Below are positions 12,181 through 25,054 of a stretch of DNA of 64,000 nucleotides, piece by piece. This stretch comes from Dicyema japonicum (lineage: Eukaryota; Animalia; Dicyemida). Made by a program: the position numbers and the translations under genes. The stretch is taken from positions 245,377-309,376 of the forward strand of contig RDEW01000049.1 of NCBI GenBank assembly GCA_011109175.1. The letters run 5' to 3'. Each line of letters starts with the position of its first letter. Position 1 is the first letter of the stretch. A model generated the notes under the pieces. The model worked only from the letters and a program-made list of their open reading frames with translations. It ran no database searches and was not told the origin of the DNA.

Positions 12181-13269
12181 CTACCAATAAGGGGAATTCG
12201 ATAGCCGGGAGAGCGAGTTCCAATGGTTAGTGTTTCCAAATCTATCCAAAGCGAAGGGGTAATTTGCATAAGATCCAGCCAGTATATATTAAGTATTTCT
12301 TCCACGGTGCCCTTAGCCTTTTGCCAATGGTTTTTAAGAGGTCCATGCCCGTGAAACTGGGGGTCGTCCGTAGTAAAAGTAGACGAGGCGTGAGATGAAA
12401 ATTCCTGAGAAAAATAGCGGTGTGGGAATCATAGCTGTTAGGTTACAGAAGAATAGCTGAGCAGATACATATTTCTCATGCAGAAATTTGATATTTTTCG
12501 GTGATATAACGGAGAGTCTCGGAAAATCGCGTTTTCGGTTTCGGTTACTGAGATATTTGGGAGGTATGTTGAAATAATAGCCAATGTCTTGATAAAATCA
12601 TCCTCTGTACAGGCAATGTCAATAATTTCGCTGTTTAAGTGCTGCAAGAGTGGAGATGGGGGACCTCTCCCACCACAGTTTCCCATTACGATACTAACTC
12701 TTACCGGGAACATGTCTTCTCTTTTTGATAAAAATGCTAGTTTTTAAACAAGCCGAGGATCAGAAGAAAAGGAGGTGCCGAAGCAAGATCGTTTGTTTGT
12801 TTCATTTGCTGTTGAGATATCAGTAATCTTTGGCCCACATGCGGACGCTATAGTCCGTCGAATCGGCTTTATGATCCAATGGTAACCAAGGATCTACGTG
12901 AGACTGGAAGGCTTCGAGGGCGTGGTAATATTAATAAAGAATATTAGAAAATATGGCTGATTTATACATAGTCATTCATTTTTTATTATTTTGGTATAAA
13001 TACCACGTGGTCACTGACATTAATCTGATACCAGAAATATCATTTTATTTAATTTTAGGGAATAACTTTTTCGACCTAGTTATTCCAAGTTAGTTATTCC
13101 AGCCTCACTACTAGTTATCGTCGAATTCTTTCATAGATTCCTCAAAAAAGGGCGAAGGACCAAACCGAGATTCTTTTCAGCAAGAATAATAAGTTAACCG
13201 GAAAGGGAAATTCAGGGGCCAAGTTGGTCTGCGCTTAAATTAAATGAAAAAGTTCAGGTGATCCAGGCC

Positions 13270-13455
13270 TCTCTCAGCGAAATAGTTTTCATAATATTAT
13301 CTTCACCAGAGGATTTGGTTTAAAAGGTAGGAAAATCCCTTTCAACTACTGTGTCGTCCCAGAAGGACTCGTTGACAAGAAATGACATTTTCTGATAACT
13401 CTATCTTTCGGATTTGCACCCACAACCTTCAGATCCGATGTCATCAGACGTAACG
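13270..13455 (-). mobile_element. tRNA(Arg)-like SINE family C copy
   Basis: Minus strand gtctgatgacatcggatctgaaggttgtgggtgcaaatcc resembles a tRNA-Arg anticodon/T arm; about 200 bp shared with 29105-29320. Confidence 0.65.
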
Positions 13456-13632
13456 TTCATCCAGAAAACTGACACGTGTCTTAAACTAAGCTAACACTTA
13501 TCATGGTCGAAATCCTTATAAAATTATTTATTAATTTTATATTTTAATAATTATATAAAAATAAAATTTCATCATCTTAATAAAGCTAGTTTATTTCACG
13601 TGTTATTGTAAATATCGTCAACAATCAGTCTA

Positions 13633-16600
13633 ATGGATTTTCCCAAGTCTACTACCAAGTTAAAAGCGATACATGAGGTTGAGAATCAAATGAGGGAAAA
13701 ATGGAAGAAGCTTAAATGCTTCGAATCTGATGCAAAGGAGGGGAAGACAAAGTACATGATGACATTCCCCTATCCATACATGAACGGACTTGCCCATTTA
13801 GGCCACATGTATTCCCTTTCTAAGTGCGAGGTACTTGTTCTGACTGATTTAGTTCACAATTTCCTTCCGTCGGCTGATTGGGGAGAACTGTCTCTTCCCC
13901 TTTGCATTTCACTGCACGGGGATGCCCATAAAAGTGAGTTGTGACAGACTTTCACTTGAATTGAGTGAGGGAGTGGCTCAGAGTGAGAAGACTAATTCCA
14001 CGTTTGTGGACCCTGAGAAGGAATTGGAGAACAAAATGAAGAGTCGTCGGGTCATCTTTGTTTTTACAACTACAGAGCAAGGCATCTTCAAAAATTGGGG
14101 GGAAACAGACTCAGTACGAGACCGTCAGGGATGCCACTCAGCTAGATGATGTTAGTGAGTTCACTCAACCTACCAAATGGATAGAATTCTTCCCAAAGCA
14201 GTGGAAGAGTGACTTGGATAGGTTTGGGGCGAAGGTAGTGTGTTTGCCAACTCTAGGTGGACTGGAGGAGATCCTTTGTCACAACTGATATTAATCCCTT
14301 CTATGACTCGTTTGTTTGCTGGTTTATTACCAAATTGAGGAAATATATCCACTTTGGGAAGAGGTAGAGTTTATATTTATGACAGGTACACCATATACTC
14401 CCCCAAGGATGAGCAACCCTGTATGGACCACGACAGATCTTCCGGAGAAGGACTGTCATATACAGAATTTACCCTCATTAAATACAAGCTTGAGGATAAT
14501 CTGTTCCTAATCGCTGCAACCAGAAGACCGGAGACGATGTATGGGCAGGTCTGCTGTTGGGTACACCCTAACATTGAATACATTCAATTCACAGTCGATG
14601 GGACAGGCTATATCGCCGATTCCCATGCACTCAGAAATATACAACATCAATATGATAATGTCGTGGTTGGACGTACCCTTCGTAGCTCAGATCTGATTGG
14701 AAGGACTGTTCAACTCCCTTATTCTAACAGAATAGCCCCCATTCTTCCATACAATAACGTTAAAAATGACATGGGAACAGGAATTGTAGCCAGTGTCCCC
14801 TCTGACTCTCCTGATGACTATATGGCGCTTTTACAAGCAAAAAAGAACGACGTTGTCCAAGTTTTGTCATTTGTAGAAACTGGGAGACCTTGTTAAAAAT
14901 ATTGAGCCAATCCCTGTGGTTGCTGTGGGGGAGTTGGGGACAATGTCTGCTCCCACTCTGTGTGAACAGTTTGGAGTGAAGGGAGTCAACGATTCTGAAC
15001 CACTGGGTAAGGCGTCTCAGATTGCGTATTCTCGGGGATTTCACGAAGGAGTGGTGATTTCTAGTTACTAGTAGATTATGGCAGCTGGTAAATATTCGGG
15101 GATGTGTGTTCAGGAAGCCAGACCGTTAATAAAGGAGGAAATGATCAAAGATGGTTTTGCAATTAACTACGCGGAACCTGACGGACGAATAATATCCCGA
15201 TCTAGTGATGTCTGTGTTGTCGCCCTTTGTGATCAATGGTGGACTTTTGGTTGATTGTTAGGTACATTGACTATGGGAATGCTGAGTGGAAGCAGAGTGT
15301 CCGTGAGTTGGTGGGTAGACTCAATCTGACTGAACAAGTCCGTAATAACTTTGTCTATACAATTGACAATTTACACGAGCATGCCATGTCTCGTAGTTAT
15401 GGATTAGGTATCCCCATGTAACCAACGTAAGGAAGCCGGGTTCCCTGGGATACACAGTACTTGATTGAGTCTCTCTCTGATTCGACCGTGTATAATGCTT
15501 TCTACACAGTCTGTCATTTTCTTCAGGGTAACATCGACGGAAGTGAACGTGGTCCATTTGGAATTGAGTACACTTAATGGTTATTGGTAGACCACGTGAC
15601 ATGACTCATCAAGTGTGGGATTACATATTTTATAACAACACCACCTACCCTTCTGACTGTTCCATTGACAAGGCCCACCTGGATGCTATGAAAAGAGAAT
15701 TTAACTATTGGTACCCCGTTGACCTGAGGACTTCTGGAAAGGATCTCATCCAAAATCATTTGACATACTATTTATACACACATATTGCTGTGTGGCCGGA
15801 GGAACCAGACAAATGGCCACGTGGCATTCGGGCTAATGGATTACTCTTACTTAATAACGAAAAGGTACCTCTTTGTCTTAAGAAAGATGTCGAAGAGTAC
15901 TGGGAACTTTATGACCCTCAGGGATTGCTGTAGTAGATTTTCTGCTGATGGTTTGATTAATAATCACACACAGCAACCCGACTGACTCTGGCTGATGCTG
16001 GGGACACTATCGACGACGCCAACTTTAATGTGGACACTGCGAACGCCATTCTCCTCAGACTTCACTCATATTTGGAGTTTTGTAGGGACGTCCTCTCAAA
16101 CCCCTCAGTCCCCACTAAGTTCAGCATTATAGATCAGGCGTTTGAGAGGTTCATTTATTACTTATGGGAGTTCTATGTTGGCTAAGGTGGAACAGACGTA
16201 CTCTCACTACTATAATGGTCAGTATAAAGATGCTGTGAAGACTGGGTTTTTTGAGTTTATGGTAGTTTCTGTTACTTAGCAGAACCTTCGTGATTTATAT
16301 AGAGATATGTCATCGAACTATAATTTGATGGTCAAATTCATTAAAATACAGACGATGATTCTCTCCCCAGTCTGTCCCCACCTTTGTGACTACATTTGGA
16401 CCGAACTTCTCCACAATGTACTCTTATATTGTGTATTTTAGCCCAACACTATTCTCTCTGCTAATTGGAATTCATTTATGACGAAAATGTTCCCCATCAA
16501 ACCTAAAAAACTGGATGGAGTATTCCCCTACATAGTACGTGCCGTTAGATCGTTCACTAAAGCTCAAGAGAGTTCGAAACGTAAAAATAAGGTAACTCGT

Positions 16601-17378
16601 AATTCAAATGGAAGTGTGTTGACAATGCTGTTATTTGGGTATCCGATAAGTACACTGACTGGCAATGCAGAGCGCTGGAAATGGTGAGGGATATGATTGC
16701 CACCACTGGGAATAAAGATAAAGCTGAAATAGCCCATCGATTTAATTCTGTGCCTGAATTATCTCCCTACACTAAGAAACTGATGCCATTTATTACTTCT
16801 ATGATGGTAACGTTTATTCATGATTTAGCCAATTATTGAGCAACAGATCAACGATGGTTCCTTTACTAAGAATGGAATGCTTAAATGTTCTTTTGATGAA
16901 TTTTCCGTTCTGGAAGCCTATTTGGAGTATCTAAGGGACAAACTGAGGGTTATACCCATAGTTATTGCTAGGTTCGGAATCTGGTTGTTCGCAGAACGGG
17001 TGAAATGTGTGATAATGGACAAATCAGTGACAAATGTTACCCCAATAACCCAGTTATCATGTTTGATCAGATGGTTGACTTTTTGGTTATTCCTAGAACT
17101 ACACACGTGTCAGATTCATCAACCGAGACCGTTATGCTGGGTTCTTTGAGGAACAACTGGTTGTATTCAGTGGTGATAGTTGTGGGAATGTGTGTGACAG
17201 AATGATTACTCGATTGTCTCTAAGTGAGTGTGTTTGTTATTGTTTAGATGATCAACGAGTTAGTCTCTCAACGTTTGACGGTAACCCCATCACCCCCGAC
17301 TCGCTCTTTGATGTCGATAATGGCCAAGTCCTACTCAATGGACAGATTACCAAAAATCTGGTATATTCAGTATATTAG
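13633..17378 (+). CDS. LARS1: Cytoplasmic leucyl-tRNA synthetase; 20 exons, 19 introns of 21-25 nt
   Basis: [14 protein letters not shown] (HIGH), editing domain [33 protein letters not shown] and KMSKS. The frame is restored throughout by removing GT-AG micro-introns (e.g. 13831-13852, 15054-15074, 15865-15886). Confidence 0.95.
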
Positions 17379-17519
17379 ATTAAATCTGAATTATTTGTTC
17401 TTTCATTGTTTTTGTGGCACTATAATTATTTATTGATTTGAATATTTGACATGTGGGTTACCTTTGCGTTTACCAGATTTTATTTTTACGAAACATTTAT
17501 TGATCCTCTTTGACATAGG

Positions 17520-18780
17520 GGACGGTGCTGTTTCTCATGATAGCGGTATGAATTAACTGGGCTACACGGACTTGGTGTCTTTAGTGTAGACTACTGCTCT
17601 TAGTTGTCTTGTCAGCAATTGCTTGGAATGTTAGTCGTTCAAAGAGCCCTTCATATTTCTAATTTTTGACTAAATCAAAAATACTTTAAGTGGACAAGCA
17701 GAACCTCAGCTGTTGTAGTGCATAGTAAAATGGATGTTTTACTTTATGGTGATTTTCATGTGACATGTCCATCACAGGGGTGGAGAAAAAGTCATACGCT
17801 TTTTTGAAAACAAGCTTCGCATAATGCTTCACAGTCAGTGATAATCCTCGTCGTTATTAATTAACACTTAAGAGTCCGTGATATTCCCCCGGGGAGATTA
17901 CTGAGTGGATAGAAGTATACAGGCAATTAAGACTTTCTTTCATAGATATTTTCATCATTTAATTTACCTAAATTTATATCCAGGACCTGATGTGATCTCT
18001 GGGAGTGACCATATAAGGCAACTTTATGTATTATCTCCGGATACACCAAGAAGTAACAGTAAACTACTAATTAAGTGAATCCAGTTTTTGTAGAAAAACA
18101 AGTCTTCCCAGAACCAGATTAAAGTGGAGAAACGTCCAAATCTCTTGGCGATGTAACTTCTCACCCCAGTTCTTCAAATTTGCATCAGCAAAATGACTGA
18201 CTTTGGGGACATTCTATAAGCTAAACGTCGAATTAATTTCACCTTGGAGAGATAAAAACAAATTGCTTTTGGTGGAACTACTGTTTATAAATCTTTCACA
18301 TCTTAGCTTACACCATCATTAATAATGGTTACATTACCTCTTTGCGCCAGTGTCTTATATGTCATAGAGGAAAATTGGAATATATCTTTTCATCCTAGAA
18401 AATCTCACCCGAGCACACTTTCCACAATATTTTTCTTTGCACAATAAAGTCAGTTTACGTTGGTGGTTGCCTTGAGAAATGAGGTTATCAAAGTCAAATT
18501 TTAACACGTTGCCACAGATCGAAGCCAACAGAGTGACGTTTCTCATTGTGGTCTCAACAGTTTTTAACAAAAACCAGTAATNTCACCCGAGCACACTTTC
18601 CACAATATTTTTCTTTGCACAATAAAGTCAGTTTACGTTGGTGGTTGCCTTGAGAAATGAGGTTATCAAAGTCAAATTTTAACACGTTGCCACAGATCGA
18701 AGTCAACAGAGTGACGTTTCTCATTGTGGTCTCAACAGTTTTTAACAAAAACCAGTAATTACGCCAAAAACCTGTTTCGA
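17520..18780 (-). pseudogene. Decayed hAT transposase fragments
   Basis: FLSLQGEINSTFSL...LKNW resembles the hAT LNxxLQG..FxxKLxLW block; downstream part resembles the dimerisation domain; many stops. Confidence 0.45.
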
Positions 18781-19490
18781 CTATGAGTCCAACATCCTAG
18801 TGACTGTTACTAGAAAAAGCTTGGGTCACTCGATTAGTTTGCTTTGATGGCTTCTTTCCTAGTTGTCTTGGAGGACCACCAAGTCNGGTTTCGACTATGA
18901 GTCCAACATCCTAGTGACTGTTACTAGAAAAAGCTTGGGTAACTCGATTAGTTGGCTTTGATGGCTTCTTTCCTAGTTGTCTTGGAGGACCACAAAGTCA
19001 GTGGATTTATTTTTTCAATACTTCCGAAAAATCAATACTAAATCTCCACTTTAAATGTTGATGTCTTGAGATTTCGACCTTAAAATTGACGAGTCAGCTT
19101 TTTGAGGATCTGAATTTCCTCTTTCCTCTTGAAGACTATTCTCCAACCACCAATTGAGATTGAACTGAGTCACTTCCCATCCCTAATTCGTTATTGATTA
19201 TTGTAGACTAAATAAGTGAGACCCCCAGCCATAATTTTTTTAATTTTGGGGGTCACTATGGGAAAAGAAGGGAAAGGCTGATCTATTCCACCCAAGCTAT
19301 AAGGGAACAAGACTTAGGTGATAGATGCAAATAAGGAGTAAGAAATTCTCTCAGGGAGTCGCCGGTTACTTGCCTCTCAACAGTCCACACACGTTGGAGA
19401 AGACCAATGCGACGGGTTAGACCAAGGCACTCTCCAAAGGAGGGATGTAAATAACCAAGAAACAATCCCATCTCCACCAAGTAAATAACC

Positions 19491-20759
19491 TCAATTGACC
19501 AAATAAACAAAAGGGGGTTTATTTGTGAAATAATTATAAAGTAAAGCAGAAGCAGTAATGGTGGAGACCAATATGGAAAAAACTGAACAGATCAGAGACT
19601 TGTTCATGTTCGACTTCATCTCATTAACATTATATTCCTCAGCACTAATAGCATCCCTCGCAAATACGTAAGCTATGCACCCAAATATGGGGTTCACTAG
19701 GCAAGCAAAGCACGAAAGTATGCTCATAACCTTCATATTCAGATTATTCCTTCTTCGTTGTATCTCCGTCCGAGAATACTGCCTCCCCTTAACTGACTGA
19801 TCCACAGTGGAGTGGTTATCAACATTACTGGGGTTATCTTTAACCCCCAATTTGTTACTTGCAGCTGTAATCGATTCGTTCCCACGTGTAGATACAGCTT
19901 TATGTCCATTCCGCGCCAATGGGGGACTCTCTGAAGCACCTTTAACAAACTGATGACTTCCACGTGTCACAAACAACGGCATAGGGGCATTAAACTCATT
20001 CTCGTATTTATCAGAGTGCTGGTTTAAAGCAGTCAAATTGTCATGTAGCTCAACAGTGGTCTTTGAGGGGTTCAATAACACTGGGGGATGATGGCCCATT
20101 CCCAATTTGGAGATCATGAGAGTATTTTGAGTCACTGGATGACAGTTGTCTTCTTTAGAAGATGTCTCGGGGGTTGAAGGAAGGGGTGAAAAATTTGACT
20201 TCTTCGTAATGACAGAACCACGTGACCCCGGTTCTGTAAAATGTGACCGGGTATGGTCACTTGCGGTCGGTATGGTAAAGTCATTTTTGCAATGTCCACT
20301 TATTTTCCCCGATACAGTGGAGGTAATAGCAGATCCAGTATTTTCTGACACGTGGGTTGATTGAGAATTGTGGGTAGAGCTCCTTCGTGACTGTTTCGAG
20401 CGGGTCTTTGACCCTTGGTTTCTTTGGGATTGAGTTTTTATGCTGAAGGAGGAATTTCTACGGTTCTTTAGAGGAGGATAATCCAAAGGATAACCTCCAT
20501 AGAACTGCTGGTTGGGGTCAATCTTGGGGATGAAGGGAAGGGGGATGGTGGAATAAATAGGTCTGATCTCTGTTTTCTTTTGGTGGAGCAAAGTTCGGTT
20601 TCTGGAAATGTGAGAGATGAAATCTTGGTTTTTCAGAAAATTGCGGTATCCGTAACATCTGGTTGACTGGTTGGGGGTTGTCTCTGAAATGTACAGCTGT
20701 CTTGAATTACCGTGGGAAGTCCTCGAACTGGGAGATGTTTTCCGTGAAAACGTGCTCAT
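19491..20759 (-). CDS. Intronless 422-aa protein: long Ser/Thr-rich disordered N-terminus plus a C-terminal CD225/dispanin-like double hydrophobic domain (PRRT/TRARG1-like)
   Basis: Open frame; first ATG at 20759. C-terminus SILSCFACLVNPIFGCIAYVFARDAISAEEYNVNEMKSNMNKSLICSVFSILVSTI fits the CD225 pattern. Confidence 0.6.
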   Translation of the reverse strand: MSTFSRKTSPSSRTSHGNSRQLYISETTPNQSTRCYGYRNFLKNQDFISHISRNRTLLHQKKTEIRPIYSTIPLPFIPKIDPNQQFYGGYPLDYPPLKNRRNSSFSIKTQSQRNQGSKTRSKQSRRSSTHNSQSTHVSENTGSAITSTVSGKISGHCKNDFTIPTASDHTRSHFTEPGSRGSVITKKSNFSPLPSTPETSSKEDNCHPVTQNTLMISKLGMGHHPPVLLNPSKTTVELHDNLTALNQHSDKYENEFNAPMPLFVTRGSHQFVKGASESPPLARNGHKAVSTRGNESITAASNKLGVKDNPSNVDNHSTVDQSVKGRQYSRTEIQRRRNNLNMKVMSILSCFACLVNPIFGCIAYVFARDAISAEEYNVNEMKSNMNKSLICSVFSILVSTITASALLYNYFTNKPPFVYLVN

Positions 20760-20864
20760 AAATATTTTATTTACAATTAATATCAAGGCAACTTTAAATT
20801 GTGTATATTATTTTTCAAAAATATTAATTTCCGTAAATATTTATTTTTAATAATTAAATTTACT

Positions 20865-21185
20865 CTTGTTGCAGTCGAGTCATCGGGAGTCGTTGGTCCA
20901 ATGACGACTGAGTTCTTGTGCGAACTCGGAGGAATGCTTGCCATAAAGAAAAGGGATCAACGACAATGGTTATGGGTGAGACAAAAAATTGGAATGGCCA
21001 TACTCCGAGGGAACTCGTTCGCGATCCACGCAGCCGGCTTCCTCAACTAAAATTTGTTTTTTTGTTAAATAATTGTCTTAAAAAAAGTAATTGAATTAAC
21101 GCGGATTATNTGAGACAAAAAATTGGAATGGCCATACTCCGAGGGAACTCGTTCGCGATCCACGCAGCCGGCTTCCTCAGCTAAA
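20865..21185 (+). mobile_element. 3' fragment of a CRE-like RLE retrotransposon
   Basis: AVESSGVVGPMTTEFLCELGGML...RQKIGMAILRGNSFAI matches the family C-terminus AVETLGxWG...QRISIAIQRGNA; partly duplicated across the n at 21110. Confidence 0.7.
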
Positions 21186-23014
21186 ATTCGTTTCTTTGTT
21201 AAATAATTGTCTTAAAAAAGTAATTGAATTAACGCGGATTATTTTACGTGGAAGAATATCATTTCAAGTTTCGAATATTTAAATTACATGACTTGACCTT
21301 GAAATGATCACGGACTGCCGCGAATCCTCTTTCACTGGAGGATGAAGGTCATGCCAGTATCTTCAACAGTCCCTCGACCCAAAACTCATTTGGTCCCTGC
21401 TTCGGTAGTCTAGTAGAAAATGGCGTAGTTATAACTTAACTCTGCACTGACTGCAATAGGCAGGGATTATTCTCGTGGAAGATGCTCATTCCAGGCCGCA
21501 GTCGAAACCATCCGTGGGTCTCCAAAGCGTGTCTCCACATTTTTTTTAATTCTTCAATAATAGACCGATAGTTCCAACCTTTCCGAGGTTTTGAAGACGA
21601 TTGGAACAGAATGGGTACGGTCCCCCAGGATTGAGTATTTAAACAACTTCCACCATTCAGTATAGCACCTAACCAAGACAAACGAGGGGCAGAGAAAGAG
21701 GCGAAGGAATCAACTCAGCCATCTCGGTAGTGACGGATTTATGCAGTGCTTAAAGTACTACATTATTTCCCCCCATTTTCGTCCCCGGTTTTGGACAACA
21801 GAGTACTAACTCCCATCATGATAGCCGGTNAGAGAAAGAGGCGAAGGAATCAACTCAGCCATCTCGGTAGTGACGGATTTATGCAGTGCTTAAAGTACTA
21901 CCTTATTTCCCCCCATTTTTGTCCCCGGTTTTGGACAACAGAGTACTAACTCCCATCATGATAGCCGGTCGAATGAGAAGGGACAACAAAAGCTTTCCTA
22001 GCGTTTCCAAATATTTTCTTTTATTACTCCTACGTTCTTGGAAGAAGTCAGGACCCAGGAGAAGAGGCAAAACTTAGGCTTGCGTATCGGCATGACATGG
22101 GAGTGGATCGTTGAGAATTTGGGGGGTTCATATAAGGATGCCTATCATTTTCATGAACTTTGAAGTTTGCAGGCGACAAGCTTTGTCGAGACAGCCTAAT
22201 CGACTTGAATCTCCCCCATACTCTGACGATCCCTTTCCCTTAGCCACACTACTTTCCTCTATTTTGATTATTTCATTATTGAGGACTCTTGGTACCCCAA
22301 GATAGACAAAATTGTGAGATTTTGTCATTCTGATGCAAGGGATTAGCCAAACCACAGTAAATCGATTAATTGCATAACCACCACAACATGAGCACAAGAG
22401 TTCTTTCGATGACTTCCATGTGTCTCTGGACCTGTTAAGTTCCTCCAATTTGAGTAGATGAGATTCGAACAAATCCGATGCTTTCTTATTTTTTAAAATA
22501 AGGATATTCTCCTGAGTCCTTTTAAGATGGGGAACGAGAAGTTGCATCCATATTGAAGAGATGGGGACATTAAGAGTACTGGGACTGTCATGGTGATCAG
22601 AATTACTTCACCAGCTCTCCCTTCTTGTCCATTCACTACTGAGCTTACTTATCTGGAGATATAACAACAACCCTCCTGTTCATGGGGGATATGTCTACCA
22701 AAGGGTTCACTGAGACTTCAAGCCAACCTCCATTAGTCGTCTGTTTACACTTCACTGAATCTGTCCTTGACTTATGTCAGAGACTCTCATTGCTTACATG
22801 CAAGTAAGCACTCATCCTGGGGATATCATTGTCTAGAGCTCTTTAGACTACGTCCATAATCAACGAGTAAGATGTAGGACACAAAGGGAGACACGAAACT
22901 GTACATTTATGAGTCAGAAATACTACGCCACTTCTGTCCCCCAAACGAAGGTTTCATCAAATTTCCACTAAAAATCAAAAAACTTGACTTTACTAACCCA
23001 ATTATGACATACAT

Positions 23015-23335
23015 CCGGGTGGCGCCATGTGGTGCTTAGTGGATAATTGGTTAAAGTTTCTGTTTGTTCGTCTATTCCTCCTCTCTTTCCTATTAGAGTG
23101 ACGTCATGCGATCCGCCTGTCTAGGTGGCACCCAGTGCTAGACACGAAAAAGGATCATTTGCTCTTCCCCACTCGACTAGAGGGGTTTCCACAACTGCAA
23201 GTATGGACGTCTTTTGCCAATTATGTTGATTATGGATGGACTCTGTTTCTGCAGAGGCAGAAACTGGGTACACTTTATTAGTTGTTCACTTTAACTTCTT
23301 TCCCGGTGTATCCGGGGTTAATAAATAAATCAGGA
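23015..23335 (+). mobile_element. SINE-like repeat family B, near full-length copy
   Basis: Head gcgccatgtggtgcttagtggataa (A-box-like, no clear B box), internal hairpin gtttctgc-agag-gcagaaac, end ccggggttaataaataaa; colinear with 27487-27806. Confidence 0.75.
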
Positions 23336-23640
23336 CATAACACAGATTTTTATTTAATTTATGAGGCATTTGAGCCAGAATTCTGCGCCTAAGTGATTGG
23401 TAGGGCGCATAAACTCATTCCACCCACCAAAGTGGCCATAATACCCCCATGACAGCCCTACCATAAAAATGACAGCCCGAAATTTTCCACAAAATCAATT
23501 TCACAGACACTCATCCATAAATCCCACACAGCAAGCCATACCCACGACACATCGCTCTACCAAAATCCAAAGATCGCTCATATAAGCACGTGGCTTTAGA
23601 ATAATAAAAAGTATTAAAAACTCAATATAAATATATTTAA

Positions 23641-24271
<631 letters not shown>

Positions 24272-24624
24272 GTCACCACTAAAATTAGATATTAATTTCA
24301 AATTTTAATTCAATTAATCTTTTTATTAATTTTGAAAAAACCCCACAAATCCTTCTCCCAGCATAATAACCTTGTTTCGGGAGCTTGACATGTCACCACT
24401 AAAATTAGATATTAATTTCAAATTTTAATTCAATTAATCTTTTTATTAATTTTGACAAAAACTCATTTATATTGAATCGACCAATTTATTATTTTACAAC
24501 GAATAAATAAGTAAAGTAGAGTAACTGACCGAATTCAAAAGTTAACTCACGTGGCGCTCCAAATATGAGACTGAACACGAAGTAGTTCTAGTGGAAACTT
24601 CTACTATCTTAGATAGGATGCACA

Positions 24625-24885
24625 GCTTCTAAGAGAGCTTCATGGGCAACTTTGACATGTTTGGAAAGGTCCATAATTTTGGGAGAATCACGTGGGCAAC
24701 TCTGTCGTCTTGGGAAAGATTCACAATTTCTACAAGAATCACGTGGGCAAATCTGTCGTCTTGGGAAAGATTGACAGTTACTAAGAGGTAAACGTGGCCA
24801 ACTCTTCCGACTTTGGAATGATCGACAGTTGTTAAGAGATACACGTGCCAACTCTGTCGTTTTGGGAAAGATCGACAGTTTCTAA
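24625..24885. repeat. 51-bp minisatellite, about 5 units, most containing CACGTG
   Basis: cacgtgggcaactctgtcgtcttgggaaagatt... recurs at about 24689, 24740, 24791 and 24842. Confidence 0.8.
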
Positions 24886-25054
24886 TTCATCCACAGCAGT
24901 CCTGGTGAATGATCACAATCAACAGCCATCAGATTAATCAGCCAAATTATAAAAATTTAAAAAATGGAGCATGTGAATATTACGTGTAAAGAGTTATTGT
25001 GGGAAAAATAATTTATTAAAATACCACATAATGCATTGTTACTGCTTGAATTAC

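Noticed and set aside
13520-13632. Search for spliced-leader acceptor or SL/snRNA genes in the AT-rich 5' flanks
   Set aside because: No consistent AG acceptor precedes the start codons of the reconstructed genes, and no U1/U2/U6 or Sm-site RNA gene was recognised.
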